Below are positions 47,256 to 60,900 of a stretch of 64,000 nucleotides of DNA, one piece after another (position 1 is the first letter of the stretch; each line of letters opens with the position of its first letter). Source of the stretch: Aplysia californica (lineage: Eukaryota); assembly GCF_000002075.1 (NCBI RefSeq), contig NW_004797478.1, forward strand, positions 446,197-510,196, read 5' to 3'. Position numbers and translations under genes: made by a program. The notes under the pieces are model-generated. The model was given only the letters and a program-made list of their open reading frames with translations, had not been told where the DNA came from and did no database searches.

Positions 47256-47504
47256 ATGAGTATGAGTATGAGACATATATCTCTGCAAGCGATGTCTAGG
47301 ACTTTCCCAAACCTCATTCTCAAGGCAGATCTTAACATGCTCCTACTACACTATCATATTCATGTCCGCAAGGCTGACATGGATCAGAGAATGGCAAGGT
47401 GTTTGTGGTTCCTCTATCATCTTGAAAAAAGGGAACATTTTCTTGATGACATCTGGTTCAGTTGCAAAACCCATTTTTCACCTTTCAGGATATTATATAT
47501 GTAA
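47256..47504 (+). pseudogene. Possible Crypton/DUF3504-like fragment
   Basis: DLNMLLLHYHIHVRKAD resembles the LxxFYxxVRKxDG motif; short and degenerate. Confidence 0.25.
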
Positions 47505-48032
47505 ACTCAAAAAATGCTGTCTATTGGGCACCTCACCCACTCCCTATTGTCTCTAGAAGCCACTCCATACAAAAAGGCGTACAGTGTACGGATAGGGTTA
47601 AAAACTGCCTCACTTTGTGTTTATAGGAGTTTTGTGTTTTTTTCGGCCATTTCCATTTTGAAAATAAGTTTCTTCTTACTGAATTTTATGTCAAACAAAT
47701 TTCTACTTAACGAATTTTATCAGTTCCAAATTACAACATTCTAGAACAATTTTTGTGCAAGATATTCATAAAAAAGTTGTACTTGCACAGGACCTATTCT
47801 GTCAAAACTGCATTGAGCATAACTGACTTGTAAGCTGCATCTCACTACTTTTGAAAATTTCAACCAAAGACTGAGAATTTGGAATAAAATGAAATCACCT
47901 GTGTTGTGTGAAGTGTGTTTCTAGGAGAAATATAATGCTCAAAACATTGATAGTTTTTTCTTGAGTAGAGAGTCTCTCGCAGTTTCAAATTTTGCCCGGA
48001 TGTGGGTAGACATATTATTATAATAATTGAAT

Positions 48033-49134
48033 ATCTTTCTTTGCAGAGTTAAAGGTCAAATTAAAAACTCTAAAATTTTGGGTCTTGCTGCTCAACAGAG
48101 AGCAAATAATGCAACTCTAACATTAGCACACTTTCATTCCATTGAATATGAATCACAATATGAAGAACAGCTTTTGTCCATATTCTTTCCATCCCCAAGT
48201 TAAGTAGCAGTCTGAACAGTACGGTGTCAATTTGGACTACAACAATGAAGGTTTACGACCATTGACATGAGATGAATTTTAAAAACTGAAAGAAATTTAC
48301 ACAAAACAATCAGCAGTTGTATCAAATCCACTTGATTTATTATATATGCATTTCAGCCAACAAGGCAAAATTCAACATAACAATCACAATATTTTTGGAA
48401 AGCAAAATGTTGAAACAATAGCCCTTGATTATTTTGCTTTTGTAGCAATTTGAACAAGCCTAACTCCTAACTTAATCTTCCATAGCAGTACGCTAAAGAC
48501 ATCATTATGCACACCTCAATTTCATGACGCCATTAGCGATACAAAATTCTATTAATTTGAAAATAATCATTGGGCATTATAAAACACTTGAACTATTCTA
48601 CCCTTTAAATGGTGGAGAACAGACTGTCGTTCTGTAACTTCTTCCTTTCAACAGTTAAACTCACGAAAAAAAGTGAAAGGTTCAGACAGAGAGTCAATCT
48701 GCTGGTGACCGGACATACGTGTGTCTGCTGCATTCTCAAAGAGTAAAAAGATCTAAAATATACAAGTCGCCCAAATAGTTGCATGAACCTAGCTACCCTT
48801 TTTTTCTGAACCCTGCGTTACAAAAGATCAGAAGATTCTTGGTGATACAATGTGTCCCTGGCAAAAATAACACTATACTAAAAACTAAGGCCTGCAGTTT
48901 CTGCACCTTACAACAAATTGCACCCAAAGCAATGGAACAGCTGTTATACGAGTCTTTTAGCAAAGTTTAAACTATCCTAGGTTTCTTTACTGTATAAGTA
49001 TAAAGAATAAAGAAGGCTCTGCCTAAATCTTTCTTTGCAGAGCTAAAGGTCAAATTAAAAACTCTAAAATTTTGGTCTTGCTGCTCAACAGAGAGCAAAT
49101 AATGCAACTCTAACATTTGCACACTTTCATTCCA
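48033..49134. repeat. About 108-bp near-identical direct repeat (48033-48141 and 49027-49134)
   Basis: ATCTTTCTTTGCAGAG(T/C)TAAAGGTCAAATTAAAAACTC...GCACACTTTCATTCCA present twice, about 1 kb apart. Confidence 0.9.
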
Positions 49135-50579
49135 CTATGAGTGACAAAATAAGAAATGTGAGTCAATAAACTGGGAAAAACAGCACAAATTCAGATGATT
49201 AGCAGAGTCAACTGGTATCAGCAACACTGAATCTGTGTGACTGGGAAGAAGAGGAAGAAGTCATAAGACCAGTATTTGAAAAAAAAAAAGTTAATGGCAC
49301 TTTGCTTCAATCTACTTTTTGGAATGTCAGAATAAGTATAATTACAGAGGAAAATTGCTACAAGTAGGTACCGCAAACTGGCCGTGCGCCCCCTTGGCGC
49401 ACTGTCACGGAGACCAAAACCCATATTTTTACCCTCCTAAAACACAGTGTGATCATGCATACACACAGACACTTGATATATCAGAAGAAAGAGGAGCTTT
49501 TCCTCTTTTTAGTGGTATTATTTATTTGAATAAACGATTCTTTTGAAAGCAAAATCTTGCGGGATAAAAGACAACACTATCGAGGTTTTCACCGCAGCGG
49601 CCACGCGTTTCGTGTATTGATTTTTAGAGTGACCTCCGTTGAACAGGAACGGGGAGCGTATGGTATTAAATACTGCAATCTGATTCGTCGATACTTCAAG
49701 ATGAGAAGACGCTCTTTCCGGTGATATATTTCTAAAGACTGTCCTTAAAGAATTAATAGAAGAGATTTGTGTGTGAAAACTTTCGGTGCTGTTTTTTTAT
49801 GGAACCAGTGATCAGACAGACTACGGAAATATATCTGCAGAAAGCCCATTCATTCCTCTTCAAGAATAACATAGCCATTATATGCAAATAAACACCGGAT
49901 GCTCCCCGTCGGCTCGCAAGCAGGGCACCATCGCCCCGGTTTCGTATAAATTCTCTCTCCTTCCCTTCAGCGCGGCCCGGCCCGCAGCCGATAAGCCGGC
50001 GGTCGCGAGTGGTGATTTTAACCTCCCCTTGTATTTCTTGCCGTTTTGGTCAAAAAGCCATGTTTACGTCAATAAATTTCCATCTTCTGGTTATTTGATA
50101 GCCCTGAAAAAAAATTGAGCTTGTTCTCTATGTGCATAGGTGTGTGTCTACAAGTTTTTATGAATGTCCATTTAAATTTAAGAATGTTGTGACATCTCAA
50201 AGTGTAGACATTTCGCAATTAAAAAACTTACATTTTTCTGCAACTTCAGATGTTCATAACTTTGTTAAAAATGAAGCTATATGTATAAATTTGGTATCAA
50301 AATGCTCAGAATGATAAATTCTATAAGGTAGTGCAGTTAAATATAAAATCAGAGGACTTCGAAATTTCAGTTTGTGGTACCTACTACAACCACTCAATGT
50401 GAAAGGTGAAAGCATTGAATACCTCAAACTATCAAAATTTTGCTATCAATTCTAAAAGTTAACATTTTTCTCCATAGGACCTTTTTAAAAGCATTGACTT
50501 TTACATTTTTTTCATCCAAGGTCTTATTAGTCCACACAGTACTTTCAGAGATTTACAACAATTTCAGAACTTGCGAGCC

Positions 50580-50585
50580 TTTATT
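50580..50585 (-). terminator. Candidate WASHC1 polyadenylation signal AATAAA
   Basis: TTTATT on the + strand about 360 nt past the stop codon. Confidence 0.4.
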
Positions 50586-50944
50586 ACAAAAAACAAAAAC
50601 ACTCATTACAATTACATAAAACAATAATCATCCTGATGTTTGGGTATTTATCTCTGCAGCAAAATAAAATTCCACTGCTGTAAGATTCGGCAATACACCG
50701 TTTTGAAAAGTGACAAATCACAAATTCTTACAACGAGAAGTCAATTTGAAAAAACTTTTTCCAAAAATAAAAATATAAATCACAAAAGAAAACTCTCAAA
50801 TCACATGTTTTCTTGGACTCCCACACTGACAGTAAGCACCAACGAGTTATTAATCTCATTTGAAAGATTACACCAAATAATCTTACACCAAATCACTTCC
50901 CCATCCTCATGTCAGGAAAATTCCTTGTCTTTACAAGAAGATAC

Positions 50945-51445
50945 TTAGTCCCAGTCATCACCATCATCATCATCATCTGCTGGAGGTGGCGGGGCATTGT
51001 TTTTAGGAGGTGCTGGAATCATTGAGGATATCTTATCCATGGCTGAGCCGCCACCACCACTTCCTGCACCACTACCACCACCACCACCTGCGTCTGACTT
51101 CTCACCTCCCTTAGGAGTTCCGGAAATACCTCTCCTGCGCATAGTTAATTTGCTGAACAAATCACTCATCAAATCGCCTCCTCCTCCTCCCCCTCCACTG
51201 GGTGCTGCCTGACCCTGATCTTTCTCCTCCTGCTTCTTCTTCTTCTGTGTGTGCTTTCTATCCTTGGCTGATTTCAGACCAGCTCCTGCAGCCCCTCCAG
51301 CCTGTACGATGGAGTCTAGCAAACTCTGGCGACCACCGCCAGGTGTCGCTACCTCAGTAGGAACGTTAGCCGGGGGTGGGGGAGGTGGGCCAGGAGGAGG
51401 GGGCGGAGGGGGAGGAGGAGGTGGTGGAGGTGGAGGAGGAGGAAG
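50945..51445 (-). CDS. WASHC1: WASHC1 3' coding segment (poly-Pro plus VCA)
   Basis: ORF 50945-51475; TAA at 50947-50945; 5' boundary unresolved because no convincing acceptor is present. Confidence 0.9.
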   Translation of the reverse strand, partial: LPPPPPPPPPPPPPPPPPGPPPPPPANVPTEVATPGGGRQSLLDSIVQAGGAAGAGLKSAKDRKHTQKKKKQEEKDQGQAAPSGGGGGGGDLMSDLFSKLTMRRRGISGTPKGGEKSDAGGGGGSGAGSGGGGSAMDKISSMIPAPPKNNAPPPPADDDDDGDDWD

Positions 51446-51907
51446 GTGATGAAAATAATAACAAAAACAGTACACTACAAATATTCAAAAACAGTGCTCC
51501 TATTTTTTCCCAGTATACTTTCGTTCCTGTCCTTTCCCGTTGACTCTAAGTCCAAGCCAGAAGTATAGACACATAAAAGCATCTTGGAATCAGAATAGAT
51601 TCTGCCCACTTGACAGCTTTTCATATGCAAACACGGCTGGCGAGTTATTTTTCAGGTGGACGCGATCGTGCAAAGAGAAAGCAAATAGTTTTCTTCGCCT
51701 GATTCTAAGCCATTTCCGATCTCGTCTGCGCTTTTCTTGGGGACATCGACAGACAATGAGGGTCTTAAAGAGTCTTAAAGAAGAGAAGGAGAAATGTGTG
51801 GTTGGGGGGGGGGAGGTAAAGAAAGGAAAGGGGAGACAGACAGGGACACTCACACGCACAAACATACACACACACATGCACGCAAAGGGAGAGAGAGAAA
51901 GAGACAA

Positions 51908-51952
<45 letters not shown>

Positions 51953-54900
51953 NNNNNNNNNNNNNNNNNNNNNNNNNNNNNNNNNNNNNNNNNNNNNNNN
52001 NNNNNNNNNNNNNNNNNNNNNNNNNNNNNNNNNNNNNNNNNNNNNNNNNNNNGGAGGGGGCCCAGAGGGTGGTGGGGGTGGTGGGCCACTAGCATCTGCT
52101 GGGCCTCCTGCAGAGGTGGGACCGGCAGGAACAGCATCTGGTTCTGGCCCCACTGCCGGGAGGTCAGGCATGTTGGAACCCATCACAGACGGAGCAATGG
52201 AGGGGCCCTGGTCAGCACTGAAGGCCAAGTCGTCGGCAACCCCTGAGAGAAATTACACACGTGGAAAGCCACATGTAAGATTTTTTTGTCATTTGTAGGA
52301 AACATGCATACACTGTGGACACAACAATATGTGTATATATATCATATACACATAGTCAAACTTGTCTAAGACAGAATCGCAAAGAAGCAAAAAAAAACCA
52401 TTCCATCATAAACATTTTTCGTCTTGGACAGGGGAACGTAGAAGGAGGGGGGGGGGGGGGTATCAGAGGCCCAGCTAGTGGGATTAATGCTTGCCTCTTG
52501 TCCAATAGATTCCAATTTCCTACCTTATACAACACTCGTACAATCCATATATATATATAGAGAGAGGACGTAAGCTCATCTGTGTTTCTGCCAGTAAATC
52601 ATTGTTGTGTGGTAGATGTGTACATGTACATCTAGATCTACTCTTCTCTTCCAGCTAAAATCTGAATCTGACGCTTTCAAATGGGGGGTAAATGGAGGTA
52701 AACATAACAGGAAGGTACCTCAATAATAATTACAAGATTTTAGCAGTAACTTCCCTTATAATTGGTATCAAAACAACCTCTGTCACAGTTCGGTAGATCC
52801 TACGGGCCAGAGGCACAGCCCTACACAGTTCAGGCCCGCATATGCTACGGGAGTGGCAGCAAAGAGGTTAAAGTCATGACTTGAACATTTTGGGAAATCA
52901 AGCAACAAACATCACAAAATAGCTTTTAACCCTTTCGTTGCCATGGGGCAACTGATTTTCAGCTTAGATCGTTACCCAGGACAGCAGCCTAATGTCTCAG
53001 TGTAAATGGATGCGCCGACTAGATCTAGCACACCCGTGACACATTTCAGACACTGGGTCTTTGATTGTGTCACTTTTCTCATTTTTCTTATTCCCCACTT
53101 CCTCCCATCTTACTCATAATTTCAAATAACTTGCAAATATAAGTTAAAAAGTGAATTTATTTGCCTTTTTAAAATCATTTTGATGTTTACATTTTACGAG
53201 AACTTGTGGCCCCCCGCAAGCCTAGATCTATGTTTATCGATTGATTGCATTCCTAGCAGTAAAGAAATACTAGCAAATTTGGTACCGATATGGGCGTCTT
53301 TTATTCCCAAATAAGAATCTCCGCAGCGCTTGTGGTTAAAACTCCGTACAGAAGAATTAGAGCCAGGTTTTTAGCATGAAGTACAGGTAACGTCATATGG
53401 GCAATCCGGAGCAGCAAATTTTGCGACCTTCTGCGACATACATGGTACAGCACTGCGCTAAAAATTACTCATTTTCATGACGTACGAAGTACATCTTAAG
53501 GCAACTAAGGGGTTAACAATTGTATTAGCTCACAATGATACAAACTTTATGGAGCTCTCTCTTTGAAATAGGTTTGAGAACACTTTCATGCACATGGTTT
53601 TCGAGGGAAGTTTCTTGAAATCCCCAAAACACTGTCTGACCCTATACTGGACCCCAAAAACCTGTGTGTGGCCTTATTATATACAAACAATATACATGTA
53701 GGCTACGGAAGTCTCCACCTAAGATCCCACCGCTTACGATTGCGGTTCGCTCCAGATCCCCCTGCTTTAAGAAGACAAGATTTTTACGACACAAAAATTA
53801 CCCCTAAGATCTCACTTTGATTCAATCTGAAGGTCTACATTCCACTAAGATCCCACGTTTCAGATCATAATCTACGGAACAAACTTGCAGGCAGGCATAG
53901 CCAAACAACCAAGAGTGAAAAATTGAGATCATTGAACTGCCCCTCACATCAAGGATCAGCCACTTTCATGAATGTGATCACATAAGCATTGTACAACTCG
54001 ATGAAACAGTCCGTACAATGTTTGCCCCACCTGTGACCACATCAAGGAGTGAACTGACGGACGCATTTTTTTCCCCCAAATATCGCACTCACATCTGAGC
54101 TCTCCACTATTATGGAACATTTTTAAAAGGGTATGAAAATGCTCACAACGAAAGGCACAGCAAATATCAAATGGACTGTAATGAGTGAGTTTATTGACAC
54201 ATTTTATCATTAATGATGAAACCACAGTAGACTTGGTATAATGTGAAGCCATTTGACACAAAATTCCTGTTAACATGACAGGATTTTAAATCCCTGAGGG
54301 GATATATAATATATAGTAACTTCCCTTGACACGAAATATGTATAACACAAAGAAATTCTCTCGTACTGTAAAGTTTGAGTTATCAAGGTTTTACTATATG
54401 TTCTTTGAAAAATATATAGTAAAAGAAACCAAAGTTTGGAACACATCCCCTCTTGTTCTTTACTAGCAGACTTACCTGGGAGATTTGGAAGGAGCTCCGG
54501 AACAGCAATTTCTGGAACAGTACCCAATTCTGGCATGTACAAGAAATTCTCTGCAGCAGCTCTGAACATTTCTTCATTGTGTATGATAGTTGAAGGAGCT
54601 TCGGCCATCCCAGCTTCTTCTTCTTCAATAGCAGCCCTGGTCTTCGTAACCACACCAAGAGGATCCAACATAACATACTTCTTGTAACTGAAGGAAGATA
54701 TTTTTTTTAAAGAAGGAGATATATTTTACTGCACTCAATCTTAAACCCGTATTCTGACTAAAATAGAACAGTAGCCTACATGCATTAGCTACATAGAACA
54801 GGCACCTCCAATAATCAGAAAAAGAAATGTAATTACATTCATGAGATATGTGTGCAGTTAGGGGTGAAAAGGCCTTATTCTGACAATTTCTCCTTCTGAG

Positions 54901-57900
54901 TCAGGAAAAAAGCTTAATAAAAATACCCAGAGTACAACTGCAGACGGAGAAACACCAAGCATCGTGGAAATATGCACGAAAATCTAATCTCAAATACAGC
55001 CTCCACATGAGATATTTACTTTGGAGTATGAAGCTGACATCGTAGTTTTCTGCATGGAAAATTTCAAAATTCTGCGAAGAATTTTACTCCCAAAATGACC
55101 AAATTCTGCAAAAATTCTGCAAGGATTACAACCATGTCTAAGGATTACAACCATGTCTAAACTTCTTTTTCCATACTGCTTTCAATATATATATAAGTAC
55201 CAATTAAGTACCAAATAATCAGACGCGGTTCGTCCATAGAGCACGGTCGTGCAGTGCCGCCCAAAATTTTGTAATGTTCTTATACGAAAAGCACCCACAA
55301 ACATGAAATAAAAGAAGTCTGAAACAGACACTAGCCAAATATATACAATATCAAAACAAGGTCATTTCTGTGTCAAAAGCGCCGAAAAAAATCTACTATG
55401 TCATTGTCATGCCAAAGTCCACACGCTTTAACTAAACGTAATAGAATATTCAACAGTGGCAATCTGACCTATAAATCGCTCTTTGGGATAACCCAAGCGA
55501 TGACGACACTCATAGCGAGTTCGGCAGTACATTAATATTAACAAGACGGCACATTTCAAATGTGCACCCACGAAACATAGCCCACAGTAGGCAGTCTAAA
55601 AATAAACGAGATAGCCTGTACACTATTCAATGCCAAAATTATGTGATCCCCGGAGCAATCCAGCGGAGTGCTCAAGTGAATTGTGATTGGTTCATTGTCT
55701 TGCCACTATTTTAAGCAACTCTGTGACCCTGAACCTGAGGGAGGTGAACGTGACATACTTAAGTCACCGCTCTATGAGTTGTGCCTTTGAATGGTTTTGT
55801 AGTGGAGCGGTGAAAGTTATTACTCGAGTGTTCAGTTCCAATGCAGGACAAAGAAATTGATCTTTAGCTAACAAACATATTTAGTTCTAAAAATCAAAGC
55901 GACCAGTAAAAAGAATGAAAATAAAAGCATAAGGTCCTCCTTCACCAGCCCAAAGATCTTACCATCCCATTTACTATGCCCTTGACTATCTTCATCCTGC
56001 TGTTGCTTAATTGTGCACGTCCACTTTTTAGCCCCACGAGCCGCCTCTGCAAATAATCGTAAGCTGAAGAGTAGCACTACAGACGCAGTAAATAAAATAA
56101 AAAACCAAGCAATTAGCAGCATACAATCTGTATTATTGTTTAGAAACACAAGCTCATAACATAAAATACTAGCAAACGAGTGACCCAAAGAAATGAGACA
56201 CTATACCGGTAATTTCAAAATCAGGTGATCTGGTGTTTTGAGCTTAGGTCATCGATTGTCAGGAGGCCTTGAAGACAAAAAAGACAATTATGTTGTTGAG
56301 AAAAAAGAAGTCCCAGGAAAATGGGCAGAATATGTAGGACAGAATTATTTGAAGACAAAAGACCACCCCTACCACAACCAAGCAACAACAATGGTCCCAA
56401 CATTCTAAAGTCAGAGGTAGAGCTCGCAATTAGAATTAGAAACACCCCAGAAGGAAAAGCCGCGGGAGAAGATGGCATATAAACACAGAAATGCCCACCC
56501 ACCGTCGATTTACAGATGTGGTGAATTACCACATTACATACGTACTAACAGAACAGTTTTCCACCAGACGCATGTGTGCTTTTGGTAAACTGAAGCTGAC
56601 GTTCAGCGGCATTTGTTCTCAATGCACTCATTTCTTTTAAAATTTTTGCTGAAAGACAAATCTCGTCTCGCCTGTACTCCTATGTACAATAGCCGTTACT
56701 AGTGCATGCACAATAGAATCTTGATAAAAGTGCTACTGACTGAAATGTTTTAGGCCATTCTCAAAGGGGGGGATATTAACATCTTTTTCTTATGCACAGT
56801 AGAATTGTAAATGGGCTAATTTATCAATGTCATGCTCATACTGTGCCGGAAAAACATAGGGAATAGGGGGAACTGCTGCTTTTTCTTTCCTCATCTTTAC
56901 TATCGTCATTTTTTCATCTATTTCTTTTGTATGTTTGTCGCTCTCTTTGTGAACTGCTATTTCCGGGGAGTCTTGATGGTCAAAGCAGACTTTGCACTGT
57001 TGATGCGAGAGAGGTGAGCAGAGTAAGCCTGATTCCCCGTTTATACCTCTCTGTTGACATCCGCCCCTAGGCGCTCATAATATGAACTATGCAGTTGCAA
57101 GCTCCATAAATCTTACTAAGGGTTACCCACTACGGATGGGATCGGCCGATCCAGCCAGCCGTATTGGGCACCTCGTTAGGCCTATAAACTTAAAACAAAC
57201 AAGAATCTAGATCAATTTTGTTTTTTTTTAAAAGAGAGCGCCCCAATTTCCAGCTTCCGGTGAGAGGGAGATCACTTTAACATCGTCAGCTTGGATCAGT
57301 TAAATTTTTTTTCCGCAATTCTACGTCTGAAAGCATAATAATGCTGTAAATTACTGTAAAAATTCTTCAAAATTCTGCAAAAAATCAAAATTCTGCAGCG
57401 CAGTTGACATATTTTTCCGCGGCCGTGGTTGCAGCGCTCGCAGAAAACTACAAAGTCAGGTATGAAACAAGTCTTTTTCCACCCTTTTTCCTTTTTCTTC
57501 CCTCTTTCGTTCAAGCTTTACCTCAGAAATGTGCTACTTGAGTCTGAAACACCCCAATAATTCTTGCAATAATAAATATACAATCTCTGCAACTTATGAG
57601 ATTAGCAATAGCTAGAAGAGATAAAACTTGAAAAGCACAAACTTTATCATGAGTTAATTTTGGAGAAAAAAAACGACAAAAATCAGAGACAAATCATGAA
57701 AAAGCAACCACTCACGGATTCTCTGTGGTGTTGAACAGAAGCAAAGAGCTGACAGATGGAACATCACTGGGCAGGCCTCCTAAACCTTCACCTTGTTGAC
57801 TTTGATCTTTCCGAGCGCGTATACTGAGGTGAACATTGTAAAATTGTAGCTTTTCCCGCAGAACTTGCTCATCTACGGCAGGATGCTTTTCCTGCACCTA

Positions 57901-60900
57901 TAAAAATACAAAGCATCGAATGAAGAGCAAGATTTAACAAAAGAATTTAGGTTCCTCATTTCTCTCAATCTTGGTTTTATGATCCATGATCCATGCAGTC
58001 ATTATTAAGAGCTATTCTACAGATTAAGAAAACCACATTAAACTATTCTTGTACATACACATCTCAACTATATACAATTGATGTACATTAGAACCTGCTC
58101 TAAAGGCCACTTGTCCAAGACAATCACCTGTAAAAAGGGCCACTTCCTCTTTCCCCCTGGAGTTACTTTTGATGTAATGACACTGTCCAAGATATCCACT
58201 TGTCTAAGAGTAGACAATTACTTTCCTTCTTGATAATGGGTGGTCATCTTGGACAATTTTCACTGTGCATCATATTCTTTTCTAATATCACATTAATGGC
58301 TGTAACAATAGATCCTCATCTAAGATGTGTTTAACAGTTTGCAGCTTTTTCTCAAAAGTGTAGGTTGGATGGCAAGAGATCTACAATCCTCTGAAAGGAC
58401 CATTTCCACATTCAAGGAGTCCTGTCCTATCTGTTCCTGTTTAACATCGCATGTTTCAAGGAAACAGAGAAATTTACTAAAGCATGCAGGTTCGTCTGAA
58501 AAAAAAAAAGCAAAAGAGGGGCTAAGGGTACCCACAAAGACTGCTAAAAATTGAATAAGGAAAACTCACTCCTTGATCACAAAAGAAGCATAAAATTATT
58601 AATATGAGCTCTAGACACAGAAATAGCGCATATAAATAGTCAACAATCAACAGTTTTACACTTAACTACAAACTGCTCTCGGGTCCATGATTTTAGCTTG
58701 AAGTGCCAAGTGTTTTGATTTTGTGGATAGCTTTTCCCACAAGAAAGACATAATCCACATCTCTCATTGGCTGAAACAGAATGTCTAAACAATGAATCTA
58801 CAAAACAGATTTTTACTTCTTCACAGATTCTCAAACGACTGAAACACTTGTCTAAATATTAGACATTCATTTATGTCAATCACAGTGCAAAATCAAATTA
58901 AAAAATGAGTTGGATTTACAAGATCTGTCTCTTATGTAATGTTTTAAATCTCTCAAAGGGCTTGCATCACAATACATTTCAAGTGGTATTCATAGTCCAA
59001 AACATACACCTACGAGGCAACTAGGATCAGCCTAGGTCTAAACTACTTTAATTGAACCAACTAGCCATTATAGGTTATTTGGCCAGGGCTGTTTCTTTCA
59101 TTGTGGGCCTAAAGCCTAGAACTAATTACCCCAAAACATCAGGGAAGCCAAGTCTTAGAACATATTGTCACTTTCGTAGTCTAACCCTATAGCATCAAAG
59201 GCACAAGAAGTGTGTTTTATAGGCCCAAAATCTAATAACGCATGACCGTCTAATGCCTCCATTCGGCGTACTATTTGTACAAGCAGCATCACGGCAAGAC
59301 AGCTCCTTCTCAAAGACAAATGCGCTCTTTGTCTTTTTGATTAAAGAACTTCATCTTTGTGTTTGACTGAACAGCTGCCTTGAGAAATTCAGGTAAGTGA
59401 AAATGTATGGCAGAATTACCTTATAACGGCTATCAATCTCTTTCATTAAACACAATAACAATTTGGGTGTTTCCTTGATGATTTCTTTCTTTTATTGAAG
59501 TTAGAAAATAAATATAGAGATAGGTGTATAAGTAGATCTGGATTGTGATAATAATCGATCTACAATTCCATCCTCTATCCATGGACCAGAACAGCAGAGG
59601 CTTCAGCTCATAAAACTTGCCCCAAGAGCGGATGCAAAAATCACACCAGCAGACAAACCAAGAAGACTTCAGTGAATCCCTCCCTGATATATCTCTCCAT
59701 CTTGGTTGACAAAGAAATGGATGAGTCTTTCATGACTCATGTTGTAGAGTCCCTTTCCAGTGGCATTCGGGACATTCTTGACGGACATGTGTCAGTGGCA
59801 GTCAGAGACAGTGGTGATTCAGTGGCAGTGGCAATAGGAGACAATAATGAAAAGGTGCCAATGGCAGTGGCAGTAAACAACAGTGGTATGTCAGTGGCAG
59901 AAGTCAGTGGTGCATCAGTGGCAGGAGTCAGTGGTATGTCTGGGGTGGTAGGAGACAGTGGTATGTCCCGGATGGTGGGAGACAGTGGTATGTCCCGGAT
60001 GGTAGGAGACAGTGGTATGTCTGGGGTGGTAGGAGACAGTGGTATGTCCCGGATGGTAGGAGACAGTGGTGCGTCAATGGTAGTGGCAGTAGGAGACAAT
60101 AATGATTATGTGCCAGTAGCAATAAGAGACAGTGGTATGTCTGGGGTGGTACGAGACAGTGGTGTGTCTGGGGTGGTAGGAGACAGTGGCGAGTCAGTGA
60201 CAGTTGAAGACAGTGGTGTGTCAATAGCAGTATGAGAAGGTGGTGCGTCAGTGGCAGTGGCAGTAGGAGACAATAATGATTAGGTGCCAGTAGCAATAAG
60301 AGACACAGGTATGTCTGGAGGGCAGTGGGTGACAGTGGTGTGTCAGTGGCAGTAAGAGACAGTAAGTGATTCAATGACAGTGGCAGGGCAGTGGCAGAAG
60401 GAGACAGTGATGATTAAGTGTCAGTAGAAGACACGGTGCATCAGTGACAGTAGGAGACAGTGGTGTGTCAGTAATAGGAGAACAAGTTTCAAGCACAAAG
60501 ATGGGAATGATAAGCAATTGCATTGTCGGGGGGGGGGGGGGGGGGGGGGGGGGGAGGAAGGAGATAAATCTAACTGGAAACAAGAGATGAAAAAGAGAAG
60601 AGGGCGAAAGGAGAAGCCAGTGTAGGACAATGGCAGTTTCGTTCAAGAAGAGAAACCAGCAAAATAAATATAAATATCTGAAAAGTGTGGGAGTGAAAGC
60701 AAGAACACCAAATGCCATGTGTTTAATGAGAATGAGCGACTCTGTTTTTAACTTCATGTGGTCTCTTTCTTGGCCAGGGAAACGTGTGTCTGTATCCTCA
60801 ATTGTAGACTATGTTGTTAAAGTGAAAAGTAAAAGAGTAAAAAGTGACTCAGAATTACCACAGAAAACTACAGACCTGTACAATTTGAAAGCTGGAGACA

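Noticed and set aside
51540-52298. Long + strand ORFs (252 aa and 150 aa)
   Set aside because: They span the N gap and (GA)n and are antisense shadows of WASHC1.
53715-53870. Short spaced CTAAGATCCCAC repeats
   Set aside because: Too short and degenerate; a similar motif near 42650 suggests TE subterminal repeats.
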